Shown in pieces: positions 22,193 to 35,611 of a stretch of DNA of 64,000 nucleotides. This stretch comes from Lobosporangium transversale (taxonomy: Eukaryota): contig NW_019029005.1 of the NCBI RefSeq assembly GCF_002105155.1, positions 1-64,000 on the forward strand. Direction: 5' to 3'. How positions within the stretch are numbered: the first letter of the stretch is position 1; every line of letters begins with the position of its first letter. A program made the translations under genes and the position numbers. The notes under the pieces are model-generated. The model made no database searches. It was not told the origin of the DNA and saw nothing but the letters and a program-made list of their open reading frames with translations.

Positions 22193-25100
22193 TACAGTAT
22201 ATAGAGCGAATCTGAATCAATATTAAGACAGGGAGTGCTCTGTGTCTTGAAATGTGACTGTCACTGCTCTGTGTCTTGTTTGTGTAACCATTTTGGCGTA
22301 TATTTAAGTCAAAGTGCGTATAATGTAGTCAATATAAACCACAGAATGCGTAAAATGTAGTGAAAACGGCGTATATTCCTTCCTTTTCAATCATTAGTAT
22401 TTCAGATACCTTGCTATTCTGGTATTATTTGACTTTTTACAGACCACATCTGGTCAAGTTAATCTAAACTAACATTCCCTTTATCCATACTCCATACTAT
22501 TCGCCATTTATTTCCCTCAACGGAAATGAGGAGAAAGTGCGTTTAGACGCTACCAAACGCCAAACGGATCGCAAACGCGCGACTCACAAACATACCAATT
22601 TCTTTTTATTTTATTTTTTTGGCAAAGCAATTAATGCATTTAGTATTTTATTACTATATCTATTATTATATATGTTACTATCGTACATGCTTCTATATAT
22701 GCTATTGTTACCTACCTGGGAAGTGTATTGTCATTTATTGGTCATCTTCAGGATCCTCTTGCTCCCTAGCTTTCATGGATATCAACAGTGAGTTAATAGT
22801 CTTTCCCTCATTTGCCTGTGACCACTCAGCAACAATGTCTTCAGGATTGCGACCTTCCCTTCGTGCTGCTTCGTTGATCAGCCTAATTAACTCATATCGT
22901 CGATTGTAGGCCCTTTGGTCTGATGTATTCACTGGCCAACTCGGGTTCAATCTTTTAAATGCTGCAAGGGGCCCATGAAACTCATCCCAAGCATCTGCCA
23001 CTGTGAGCTTTCCGCGGTCTGCTTTCCATTTGAAAGTGGCGCTTGATGAGCTGGGGCCTGGGGACGAGTGATGCGATGGCTCTGGCGCTCGTTGGAAGCA
23101 ATGTAGAGGAGCTTGAACCAGCGATGAGTGCTGTTGAGGTACCTGTGGGGGACGCGTCGCAAACGGCTGCTGTTGAGGGACTCTGCGCAGAGCAGGATAG
23201 CTTGGCATAGTATGGGGATATGGCCCAAGAAGACCGGCTGAATTCAAGGGATGCGCTGGAGCTTGGCGAGCTGACGGATCCTGCAATAAATGTATCACTA
23301 TCTCCATTTGCTGCTTTAGCGTCGCGAGCTCTGAGCTCATGGCAGACAACTGCGCCCTTTGTTGTGCTTCTTGCTGTGCCATTTGTGCTCCTTGCCGAGC
23401 AATAGCTGCTTCAAGAGATGCATTCTGGTGACTAAGGCTGTTTAGCGCGTTGGAGACCACATGTTTGTCAACTGGGACTAATGGATTGACAACATTGGCG
23501 CTCTGCTGATGCACTTCGATCGCACGAAGGAGCTCTCTCTGAAAGTCAAGGAACAGCTGACTCTCAAAGATTTCTGGAAGTGATTCTAAAAGCTTATTGC
23601 TCAGAGTCCTTCCTTTGCTGTCAGGCTTCAGGTACAGCACGGCGTCTTGAAGGATAACTCTCCTCATTTGTACCAGCAATAGTAGGAAAGCTCTTCGATC
23701 AATCATTGCGCTGTTCATGAGCTTATTGGCCGTTGCGGCGGAGCTTCCCGTAGTTTCTTCATCTTGATCCCTAGCCGCTGTCGAATGGCGCATACGCTCC
23801 TGCCAGCCTCCCCAGTGCAGGTCGTCCTCCGTGATGAGATCCGGGTTTACATCTGTCATAGCATCATTACAATCCTTGACCCATTCCTCATTCTCTCTAA
23901 CGCTGCTGTTAAAGTTCCCTTCGATCCAAGGGAAAATTTTCCTCTGCAGCTCCAAGTCAGGGATAACGAGATTACGCTCAAGGATATAAGGTTCCTGTTC
24001 CTTGTTGAAATGAGCCATATAAAACGCGCCAGTGGTGGGGTTCTTTGGAGCATAGAAACTCTCCATCTGTCCCATTACCCAACGCCCAAGGTGACGGATA
24101 TGCTCCAAGCCTAAGCCCAGACGGTACGCATCTGATGTTCCTGCGTGTCGACCGGCGTGAGTGACCTTGGTCGAATAAATGCCACAGGTTCGCATCACAG
24201 AAGCTGTGGCATCGATTTGAGTCTTTGGTGCAACAGCATTCTTGCGAAGGCCTGCGTTGCGCTTCTCGATCGTACTAGCCGCGACCAAAAGCTTGATGTT
24301 GTACCAATCGTCAGGATCAGCGAAGTTTGGGACATCCTCCTTATCCAGCTATTATAGGAATGGTACGCGACCCAACATTTAACAACGAGCTAGGAAAGTA
24401 CATAACCTATATTGCAGTAAGAAGAGACAAGAATGGCACAAATCTCTTACCATAAATCGTTCTAACATGTAGAAGCCAAACGCTCCTACAGTACACCTGT
24501 AAAAAACTTTATGACGAAAGGCGGTTGCATAAAGCTTAACACCCTTTTTATTTGTTTTGCCACGAGATATGCAAAACGTAAGTCCGAGAGCTGGCTGGGA
24601 CCCACTTGCCGGATGGGAAGACATGATACTGAACACATCAGATAGGTTAAGATTGCGAATGTCTTCATCTCGCAGCAGCATATGGTGTCGTGCCAAGATG
24701 CAAAGGCGCTCACGCATATATTGAAATCTACCTTCCGCATGGTACACTCGCTTCCCTTTTAGCCGCAGCATTGGCTTCATACCCCACGTATGGAGGGCCA
24801 TCCGAATGAACTGCTTCTCATTATAGGGGTCGCGAATAGAACAGGTATCAGTGCGCGTCGATCCCTGGAATGAGGTGTCGTACACTAGTTTCCCCTCGTA
24901 TTCCTCGATAGCCTCCTTCAGCGGGATATCCTTGCGCGGATGAGGTGCAGGGTTTGGCCAATCCACCTTTGATGACGCTTGCTCCTTGTAGAGATAAATT
25001 AATGCCTTCCTGGCACAATCCACTGTTTCTATCGAGATAGGCGCATAGATGAATCTTCGGCCAGTCTCATCAGTTTGCGGATGCGAAAGAACTATATTTG

Positions 25101-26769
25101 GATTAAAATGAAGTGTCAGAATGTCAATTAAGAGTGAGCCACAGCTTTGAACAAGGTTATTTTGGTTACATGATTACACTAGATTTACTTTTTGCTCTTT
25201 CCGCAATGGAGGAGACCATGAGGGCTTGTGGTTCAGCAGACATGAGGGCCTCTTCTTCAGCTGGTTGCGAGTGATTTTGTTCCTCGTCTTCGCTTCCTGC
25301 ATCGTCTTTGTCACCTTGGGAGGCTTCCTCAAACCCCTCAAATGCCGGAGTCTCATAAGGCTGTGAATTACGTTGGCTATAATTTTGCTCCAGCTCATGG
25401 ACAACATCCTGAAAAATACTTTCCTCTGTCTCTGCTTTCCAAGCCTTTGGTTTTCTCTTATTTTCGCGAGTCAGCTTGCCCTCTAACACTGATCTGGCCG
25501 CTTGTGATGAAGCCTTTCCAACGACGCCACTGAATCCCGCGTTTGAATCAATATATTTCTTTACTGTGCGCTTGAAAACAACCTCCTCGAAAAACTTTAA
25601 CATTTTTCTTGCGTCAACGCTGCAGTCCCCTTTTTCTCTTGTGCTGCAGAACACCTATCATTTATATTGTATTTGCATATTTTGTATTACGAAGCATGAA
25701 AAAAAAAATTTGACTGTCCTAAAAAATAAAATAAACAAATAAACAAAATAATAAACTTACCTGCCAAGCTTTCAAGTATGTCTTGTACTGCAGCAATGTC
25801 TTTGAGGGATTCTTGTTGGCGAGGAGAGATTCGAGAACATGGTTAGCACAGGTTTTTCTCTGCTCTGCTGTTTCTTCAGACGAAAAAGGCGACTGAAGGT
25901 GGCTGGAAGAGTTATCAGTTGTTGCACCGATAATCGTGTCTTGGGAGTAGATCCGCTTGCGAGGGGTGTGTTCCTCGGAGACGTTGTGGACGCCTACAGA
26001 ACAGGCCCTTCTTTTGCCCTCGCGGATCTCTCTCCTTTTTTCTTTTTCATCTCTGGCTTCCTTAGCCTTTCGTGCATAGCCACTTCTTCCTTCTTTCCCT
26101 TGCTTCACGCTAAATTCGAAGAAGGTCCCGCTTGGACCTGAGTTTATTGATGAAGAGGCAGCGTTGCCAGAAGAAGAAGAAGCGATAGTGCGGGGCATCT
26201 TGATAGGTTACTTTATATTTTTTGTTGAGGGAATTGGGTAGATATTTGTGAGTACGATCAAGTGTTGCAAGTAGTGGTTATCGTAATAAATAGCGATGAT
26301 GTATAATGTATAAAAGAAAAGAATAAAAAAGAAAAATGTAAGCGAACATGGTTTTATACTTTTAGCTCATATTGTCAAGTCCAGTTCAAGAATATACTCT
26401 CCTCATATTTCAATTGTTCAATCGCTATCTTAGTGAGCTTGATCAATTGTTAGCTTCCCTCAAGCGCGTTATTTTCCTTTGAGTACGGAATGAGTACAGA
26501 TGAGGAATGAGTGGAATGAGTGGAATGGAATGCGGGAATGAAGAATTGAGTATGAAGCAAGGTGTTGATCAGATCAGACCGCTTTGTGAGCGCGCTACGC
26601 GCGTGTAACTAAAGATACTTTTAGTTTCTACTTTTCAGTTAGATGTAGTGAAAAGACATGTGCCTGAATTCTAACCTCTGTGTCTCTGTGTCTGTACGTG
26701 AAACCTATGAAACATTTTGCCTATTAATGGGCATACACTGGAATTTGACTTAATAAACTATTACAATAT
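22193..26769 (-). mobile_element. CryptonF tyrosine-recombinase transposon, copy 2 (4569-bp unit plus right junction)
   Basis: Near-identical to copy 1; right junction TACAATAT at 26762-26769. Confidence 0.9.
22735..26198 (-). CDS. Crypton tyrosine recombinase, apparently intact 4-exon gene (copy 2)
   Basis: ORFs 25719-26198, 25166-25654, 24379-25023 and 22735-24288 join via GT..AG introns in frame (KAWQ|VFC, AK-I|LSHPQ, ERFM|LDKEDVPNFADPDDWYNIKLL); R-K-HxxR-W-Y residues present; C-terminal LTVADAWDEF...YNRRYELIRLI GCR1_C-like domain. Confidence 0.88.
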
Positions 26770-27369
26770 CGGCATGTTGTAAATAGTAGGTGTATCTTTG
26801 CTTAAGGGGCAAAAAGAGAGACACAAAATCAGGAAAGGACAGTACAAAGAGTGTCAACAAGAATAACAAGAGAAAATAAAGACAAACAACCTTGACGACA
26901 AACAGCGCCATAGGAAGCCGAAAGAGAAAGATGGGAGCTTTATAGGTTAGCTCACAAACTGAGTTCCTGGACGGCAAATGCTTGTTGTGAAAAGGGGAAA
27001 AGATAATAGCAAGAACAAGACGTATGGGGAAAACTAAAGACTTTATTGAGGAAGAAGTTCTTTGGCTTTTATAACTTAGCCTACAGGCCTGACTGTGATG
27101 CTTTCTAGGTGAGGTGGACTCACCGATAGCTTAAGGCTTTGCACAAAGGTTCTTTTAACTGTGGATTGACAGAATGTCCCGATTAGTAGATACAAAGTAA
27201 AAATAAAATAGTTATAATTAATTTATATAACTATTAATGACCAGCCACAACAGGCAAAAGTCACGTGATATATGACGCATTCAATGTCAACCCATCCCAT
27301 CTGTTTGTTTTTTTTTTTTATGCCTTTATTTTCATCATACTTTTCATTTTATATCGAGCTATTTCAACC

Positions 27370-29000
27370 ATGGTCAAACTATTTTGCATTGTTGATGGAG
27401 AAAAGACGCCCTTCACAAGCTATCGTGTCAGAAAGATGCCACTGTAGACGATCTCAAGAAAGCCATCTACTCCAATATTACTGTGGGCCTCAAACATCAA
27501 GCCCAAGGATCTTCAAACTTGGAGCGTCTCCATCCCCTTTGGAAACGAGGATCAGCCAATTGAATTAAAGAACCAGGACGACGCCACGAAACTACCTTCA
27601 ACGAGCATTCTCTCAGATGTCTTTAACAAACTGTCTAAAAGAGCTATACAGGTCATTGTTGAAGTACCAATTTCAGGTAAAAAACAATTCAAAAATATTA
27701 ATTGCATCAGTAACTTGAACTCCTTTTTAATTTTTTAATTTCATTTTTATTAGAGACGACAGATTTACAGAAACAACTGGATCTAAAATTAGAAGAGATC
27801 GCATATTTACAGAAACAACTGTCGGATCTACAAGCTCGACAGGTCGATCAAACTAATAATGATTTGAGAGCCACAGAGATATGTAAGTGGCGATCGACGT
27901 TGCAAAGACTATTTGAAACTTATGATTTCGAAAGAAGCATTCTAATATAACTTATTTAAACTAGCGCTTGGGATTGTGCACAAAAGAGAAGGAAAAAGGA
28001 TTGTTTGCCAATTTAACACTGATACTCAAACAGCAACTCTTGAGGAACTGCGGCAAGTCCTTCGCCAACATTTTGAGAAAATTGATGAAGACGAATACGA
28101 ATACATCCAAATATATGTGCATGATGGGGTCACCCTGTGTTGTTGAGAAGCAACGAGCAACTGCGTGCTATTTTGGAAAAAGCTCTGGATAAAAAGTCTC
28201 GAACCCTTTCTATATCTTTGGACAGTCCATCTAAGCAATTTTCGTCATGGACCTGGAATGACGTCGTTGTAGAGTATAAAGTGGCAGCATATCCGGGAGC
28301 CCTACCAGATTTTAAGATTGAGGTCAGCGATTTGACAATTGAAGAAGCGAATATGCTCGATCAAGTTGTGAAACAGTGTCTCTCAGGAACAATGTCTATA
28401 TGTTCGACCCAAGTGCAAATGAGGCTACAAGGTCAACAATCATCGATACTATAATGGTTGGAGCAATGGAGTTTTCTTTAAGTCAGAAATGTTTTCTGGC
28501 GCAACAACATAGATTTGTGGGTAAGCGCGGTCAAGGACCGTGGACTTCGCTTACTTGAGCGCCACATGGATCTCAAATTCTTGTAATCACCGAGGTGAGA
28601 AAGAAAATTATGTTCAAGGCTGCAAACAATATGGTGCAGCTCGACGTGGCAGTGCAACAAAAGAAAGAAAACGAGTTGAGGAGATGAAGAATACCAGCTT
28701 GCTAAGTCTTACGGAATTGTTACAGACGCATCAAATGGACGCTTATCGAATGTACGCTGGATACACAGACGGAGAGAGGCGAGGATATTGCGCAGTACCG
28801 AACTTTGGATGTAACCCACCTACCTTCAATTGAATAACGAGATGGACACCAGAAAGAGTTGTGAGACTATATTTAAGTATATTCTTGCTTTGTGTAGGTT
28901 AATGCGAGGTGAACTTGTGAATAGGGGTAGTTAAACAATGCGAGTTCTGTCGCTCATCATCCAAGAGGGTGAAGAGTGACTGTGAATTGAACAAAAACAA
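27370..29000 (+). pseudogene. Crinkler (CRN)-like gene with ubiquitin-like N-terminus and probable restriction-endonuclease-like C-terminus; multiple frameshifts
   Basis: MVKLFCIVDGEKTPF...ATVDDLKKAI...VSIP...ILSDVF...IQVIVEVP (CRN header ending in an HVLV-equivalent); later GKRGQGPVDF..., ILVITE.KKENYVQG, NMVQLDVA, SYGIVTD across frames. End approximate; frameshifts may be sequencing errors. Confidence 0.7.
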
Positions 29001-29552
29001 TTTTATCTTCTCCCTCCTCATCAACATGAGATCATTTTTTGCATTTCCCCTTCCTCCTTCTTTTCCGTAATATTTTCAATTGATATACATATACCATCAG
29101 TAATAATCAATATATATATTCAAAATAACAATTTTTTATCTCGCCTTATTAACTACTCAACTTTGAATGATGCAAATACCAAATAATGATAGCAAAGATA
29201 TTGATTGAGACCTATTTAACCTGTGCTTGCTTAAATGATGTCTGCGAGTCATTTCTTACTTTTAGACATCTGTCTTTCTACAACCTTCATCAGTATGTTA
29301 AAGCCCTCGTGCATGGCTTTAGTTCAATATATAGTTTTATCTTTTCAATTTGGCAATGATTATTTTTGGTAACTAGCGGTACTGCACAAAGAAAAGAGAA
29401 GGAAAAAAGGAGAACGAACGAATGAATGAATGAACAAACGAAAACTAAGAGACGAAAGGATCCACTACAGCGAGCTACAAATCAGCTAAACAACACAAAG
29501 GATAGGCGACGATTTTATCGAGGGTGAAGGACCTCCATCTGGTTCGTCCGAT

Positions 29553-32222
29553 CTATGGTCGGATGAAACGTCGTGTATCTACTGGGGCCGGAGCTAGCGT
29601 CCGCTGCCTTGGATGTACTGATGAGGGTAAGGATGGGAGTGAGGATGGGAGTGAAGGTTGGCATGATGGCGAAATTGAGGATGAAGACGAGATCCGGACC
29701 GAGGATAGGGATGAGACTGAGGCTGGGACCAACGCACGCTGCCTTAGATTTGGTGGAAATGCTGACGAGAATGGGGCCAAGGGTATGGATGGGTATGAAG
29801 GTGAATAGAATATGAAGACGAAGATGGAGTCAAAGGTAGGGATGGAGCCGGGGCCGAGGGCGGAGTTAACGCACACTGCATTAAGCTTGGTGACTGCGCT
29901 GATGGATTTTGCAGCTGTGTGAGTTTGCCCATCAGCTGGTAACTTCCTACACCATTCAAATACATATCTCTAATTTTTCGATCCTCCTCTACTATTTGAG
30001 ATGCCATCCGCCGCTTCTTTAACTCATCTTCATACAGAAGTCGGTGCTTCTCGAATTGACTCTCGGGGATGCAAATCGTATCTTCTTTAGCTGTAGAGTC
30101 ATACAGAACCTCTAGTCTTTGTGCACCTCGCTGTAACCAAAGTGTTCTAGCACCGTTGAAGCCTCAAAAAAGTATGTATGGGTCCTGAAGATCGATTTCA
30201 GGATTCATGCATATATCGCGCCTGTCGCCATCCAGATCCATTTCCTCCATTTCTTCCATTTCTTCAGACGATGCCTCCCGAGCAACACTGTATGAGCTAT
30301 ATACCTGTCTCCGCGTTTGGAGATTTCTCGTCTCTGGGGACAGAGTATTGCTGTAGCCATCCACGACAGGGCTGTCAGAAGAAATACTGGGTTCATAATC
30401 ATCATCGTCGTCCATGTTCTCTTCTTCAAGATCTTCTCCTATCCCATGGGGCCGATTACCAGATCAGTCCTGTTCTCACGGTTAAAAAATTCTATGAAAT
30501 GGGACGTTTCCAGCATTGAATCAATGTACTGGCAAATAGGACGGGATCCATCTAGGAGCTTGGACAATGCCAACACCATGGCGTCGGATTCAAGAGAGCT
30601 CTGAACTGGTCTTATTTCTGGATCTTGTCCGTAATTCAAAGGAATATCTTCAGCATCAAGAGTCTCTGTTGCTCAGCAAAAAGACTTCTCCGTATTTGGT
30701 CTATGCCATAGTAACCCCAGGATCTCGAGACTGAGTTTCTGCTCCTCTGAGCTCAGCCTCTTGCTGCTTACAGAAAATTGGGACGTGTGCGAAACAGTTT
30801 CGAATCGACTGTTGTTTCACATCAGCCCAAGCTCGCGCAACAATTTTCCCATCCTACAATGTTATCAATTCCCATCCTCCGTACCCTGGCTCCATCTATC
30901 CCCGCGCTCAGTGCTTGCTGACGTTTAAAAAAAGTCTTCAATAAGCATTCTTTTTTGTAATTCATTTTGAATACAGCTATTATGCCAGCATCAAGAGGCT
31001 GTGTCATGCTTGTTGAATTTTTCGGAAGAAACACCAGCTGTACATTGCGAAGTTGTTCACGCACAATATCCCTAGGCATATGGCACGTGGCGTTGTCCAA
31101 CAACAATGCGACTCGGCGGTCAGGAGCTTGGGCTGCGATACTCAGCTGGAACCGAAGTAACCAAATCTCAAAGACTGAGATCGTCATGTAATCTGGTCTT
31201 TTACCAATCCAGGGTTCGTAAAGTGCCCTTTGAAGCTCCACTGGAAGCTTGCTGAACTCTCCTTCAAAAAACCCCGGGAGATATCCACAACTTGTCCTTC
31301 GGCTTCTTCCATGGCAAAACTTCAAACTTTGAATGGAATAGTTCTCTAGCTCCCTTGAATCCCTGTGGCAAATTCTCGCCTATAATGGCAAAAAATAATG
31401 GATTAATATGGTGTTTTATTCGTACCAACTTCATACTATTTTTTCACTTACTCAACATGAAGGGCTTGCGCTGATCGGTTCCTGTTGCATTTGTGCCGAA
31501 AAGAATTGAAATCCTTGTGCTCTGCACCTTAGTGCCAGAAACCATGGCACGAGAAGCCCATTCATAATCCATACTCCAGGAAGATGTGGACTGAAGGAAC
31601 AAATCAGTCTCATCGCAATTGTAAATGTCTTCGAGCCTATATTGACTGAGGATATTTTTAATACAGTCCAATTGGGGGCGAATCTCCTCCATGTTGACTG
31701 ACGCCGCCTCTCCTTGAAGCTTAAACGTCTTGAGTCCATACCGCTTCTGAAGCCATTTAGCCAACCCTTCGAAAATTTGGGTTTGTCAAAGGTAAGCTTA
31801 CCCACGGAGGACTCAAGGAGCGTATAAATTGCGCTTCCCATGAGCTGCACTGTCAAGCCACCGACAGGCAGAAGAAGCTCGCGTCTGAAGTGCTCAATGG
31901 TATGGTTAAGGATCACTTCAACTGGGTAGAACGATTTGCTTTTGGCTGTAAGGCGATATCGCACGGAGGACTGGTTGGCCGGAATGTTCAGCAGTTCTTC
32001 CCTTTTGGCTAGTATGTTGTTAAAGGTCTTCGTTGGAATGTTTAGGAAATCGCAGAACACTTTTTTTTCAGGTTCAAATAGAGATTCTCCTCCGACCTCT
32101 ATGTTGCAGTTTGCTACGTGCCTATCCCATTTTTGTAATATTTCCTGTTTTTGTTCTAGGGTCAACAGTTTTTCATCGTTGATAGGCTGGATTGACCGAT
32201 ATTTGTGTGAAGGTGTAGACAT
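29553..32222 (-). mobile_element. pogo/Tigger (Tc1-mariner superfamily) DDE_1 transposase with CENP-B-type HTH, frameshifted
   Basis: PKFSKGWL (CENP-B HTH end), DIYNCDETDLF, LLLDNATCH, FLPKNSTSMTQPLDAGIIAVFK, QSIRNCF; low-complexity ORFs down to ~29.55 kb may be its tail; TIRs not found. Confidence 0.8.
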
Positions 32223-32749
32223 GATGATTGCTGTAAGTTTGTAGAAGAAATAAGGGCTTGCTTGCGAAAAGATAGAGATATGGTTTCACACCACACCCGT
32301 GGAGTATTTATACATTTTTTTGTGCAATGAAGAGCACAAGAAAAAGGTTCTGTAGTTGTTTGTAACTTTCGGATTTTCGGCAAATATTAAAGCGCCTCTG
32401 GTAACTCGGAAATTAATGACAAATGGAGGTTTTTCCATACAATTTAAAAAAGTTGTCTGTTACAACTGGTATTCACACTAGCTTGCTTTTCCAGGCCGGA
32501 ATAAGCCTTAACTATTGGAGGAAGTCTGGCTGTCTCTTTGTCTCTTCAGTTCCACTTCTCTTCTACATCTTCTGTCCTTCTCACCTAAACTAACACAAAA
32601 ATCAATATCAATAGAGACCACTTGCCATTTGATCTGCGAATTGTAATATAATGAGTCAGGTCTGGATAGTCCCAAATTTTTATTTTTCATTCTTCAAAAA
32701 GCTATTTTTAATAAAAATAGGATATTATCAATGTATCTTAATTCGTGTT

Positions 32750-33400
32750 GTACACTCACCCTGTTCTTTATATTTCCCTAGGTCCTGCTTGCAAATTAAT
32801 CCCTGCTTGACATCTAGAAGTTCCTTTGTATGTGAGATCTACACGATTAGTTCTGAAGGGTTGTTTCTTGAATCCCTTAATCTGGTCTTGCAGAACAACA
32901 AAAATAAATGCGACCTAAATCCAGTTTTTTTTTTCTTGCAGGTTTTTCAAAGAGTTTGCTTTTGTTCGTCGTACTGGAATAGAAAATTCGCAGCTGATAG
33001 CATAGCCACACAGGGAAGGTCTTGCTTTTTGGAATCCATAAGATCCTTGCATAATATCTTCCACATAGGGCTTCAGAGTATGAAGCAATTTAGTATTCGA
33101 CCTTGCTTTGACATCAATAAGTATACCAGTCTTATCATCAAAGTTCTTGACCAGAAAGCGACGGTCCCTACCTGCAGTATGTACTGAACATGACTTTCGA
33201 ACATTACTCCTTCTTTCCTGTACATGTTGTATGTTTGACAAGCGATTCCAGTACCTGATACCAAACATCGTGATCCGCTGAATCATATACCATTTGCATG
33301 ATATCATTAGAAGCTCATTGCAATATGAATACCCCATGATCTTTTGTTAGATAGTGGTGCAAAACCGACAGCTAATCTCGAGTCCTGTGTGAAGTACTGC
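32750..33400 (-). other. Fragmented coding-like region of unknown function
   Basis: Overlapping - strand ORFs (32915-33337, 33073-33264) with globular-looking composition; no recognised motif. Confidence 0.25.
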
Positions 33401-34013
33401 ATTTATCTTCAGTACTCTTGTTGCTGCTGCATGAATGCCATATTTATCATTATTGTAGACCGATATCTATTACGGACAGCACAGCTCGGTGTATTTGCAG
33501 TCCGATATTAAATGTAAATGTACTTACTTCTTTTTTCACGTAGGTTAAACAGCTGTTGAGGAACAACGAGTTTTGCTCAACTTTAGAGTAATGCTGATGA
33601 ACAAACAATGTTTGCATCATTGCGGATGCCTATATTGACCAAGACGTGTGGCGTGGTGGGAGTGTTCGACAACGTGACTAAATAGCTGAAGCACTATTTT
33701 TCCTTTTTTAGTATGCCATGTCAAATGAGAATAGCTTCGTTTGACGGAGGTTGTGTACATACGTATTGAGTAAGTGGAAGCTGATAGGCTGGTTTTATTG
33801 AATAGAACACTAAAAAAATTTAAGGGAACTTCAGCGAGCTGTTAACAAAACACTGGTGTACAACACGCCTTTCTTTTATTAGTGACCGCGGTTTCACGTG
33901 CCTACAATGTCGCGTCGTATATAAAGTTAATAAGTTGTGATTACCTTTTTTCCTTTCTTCATTCAACCATTCCACTTGTCCAAGCTTCAGAAGCTCTTAC
34001 CTATTGCCTTGTT

Positions 34014-34058
34014 ACCTGATACCTGATACCTGATACCTGATACCTGATACCCGATACC
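34014..34058. repeat. 7-bp tandem repeat (ACCTGAT) x ~6 just upstream of the 34071 ATG
   Basis: Seen directly in sequence. Confidence 0.85.
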
Positions 34059-34070
34059 CCCTTTATAATT

Positions 34071-35611
34071 ATGAGCCTTCCCAACTTACCCGGTACGCAA
34101 GAACAGAAGAACGCAAAGATGACACCACTTCGAAATATTCGTATGGCAAGAGCATATCTTCAAGGCAAGCAATGGCTACAACAACAGCAAAAACATAAAG
34201 AAGAGCCCTCCATCTTTTATGATCCAACTCCACACATCAATAAAAACAATGCTACCAAGTCACATTCTAATCCACAGGTTGTTGCACCAATGCTGCCAGT
34301 TGCTACATCAGCGCCACCAGTTGCTACATCAGTTTCACCGGTTCTGCAAGACCTAATCGCCAATGAGCAGCAAGCTAAGCCCAAGTCACCTTTTATTCCT
34401 CTCTCAGAACGCAAGCAGCAGCTTGAAAAGAGTGTACTCATGAGTCAAAAAAAGGTAATTGCTTAACTTGTTGTAGAGTCTTCAGTGGAGAGCTTTATTT
34501 TATTTTACACTATTTTACTTTATTTTATTTTAATTGTTTTATTTTGTTTTATATTTTATTGCTGTTGTTGTTGCTGTTGTTCTTGAGTTCTGAAATATGT
34601 GTATTATATATTTTATGTATAAATGTGTGTCTGTAAAGAATCGTTGTAACAGAATTATTATTTTCTCTAATACACAATACACGTGCATAGGTCCTTCAAA
34701 GATCAGGAACCTCGAGTGTAGCTAAAGTGGAGAAAACACGACTGACAGCTCCTAAATCCCCTGTGGTCACCAAGAGACGATATGATCCTCTTGGTGTACG
34801 CCCAAAGCCGACGCCACGACCTCAACAGCCAAAAACAGAGGCAACGCCGCCACCGCCACCACCATCGCCACCAAAGGCACAAGCGTTGGTGAAAACCAGA
34901 CTGGCGGCTCCAAAGTCGCCAGTTATCGCCAAGAGGCGATACGACCCTCTGGCATCTCGGCCACTCGCGCCCAAACCAATAAAGCGCGCATCAACGCCGA
35001 TGCCCACGCTGAAGCCGAAGCCCAAGCCCACAGGGACAATCCCTAAACCCTTCCAGTTTGAGACTGAAGGTAGAAACAAACGATACTGGGCACGGCTTCA
35101 ACAGCGGGAGGAGGAAGAGAGGCTGTTGGAAGAAGAGGGGAGGATTAAGAATCCAAAGGCGGTGGTTCTTCCTCCTAGGCAACCTATACCCAAGAAGGAG
35201 GTGAGGCCTCTGACTCAACCTAAGCCGTTCATTTTGCGAACCCAGCAAAGAGCTGTCCGTGCAGAGATTGAAGCTCAAAGAAAAAGAGAAGAGCTCCATC
35301 GACTGGAGCAGCAAACACGACAGCAATCATCACAATCGCAACGACAACGACAAGAGGCTAAGGTGAAGGATAGAGGTAAGGAGAAGGCTAGGGGTAAGAA
35401 GAAGAACGAGGCTAAGGCTAAGGAGGAGGAGAAGGCCATGGACGAGGAAGCGAATAAGGATGAGGAAGAGGAAGGAGACGAAGAAGAAAGAAGACGTAAA
35501 CAAGAAAGAGAAGAAATAGTAAGTTTATACAAGGAGTTTGCTCAACGTCGATATCCTACCCCTGATCCCAATATGGATGCACAAACTTGGAGAAGGATGA
35601 ATGATATTTGA
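34071..35611 (+). CDS. TPX2-like microtubule-associated protein (Pro/Lys-rich, charged tail), 2 exons, probable frameshift near 34720
   Basis: Motifs TIPKPFQFETEGR and LTQPKPFILRTQQRA resemble TPX2 repeats; duplicated KTRL.APKSPV..KRRYDPL; intron ~34454-34690; TATATAAA at ~33918. Confidence 0.55.

Noticed and set aside
18167..26198. Host kinetochore NDC10 or GCR1 transcription factor gene
   Set aside because: Catalytic residues retained, precise mobile-unit junctions and near-identical duplication indicate a transposon
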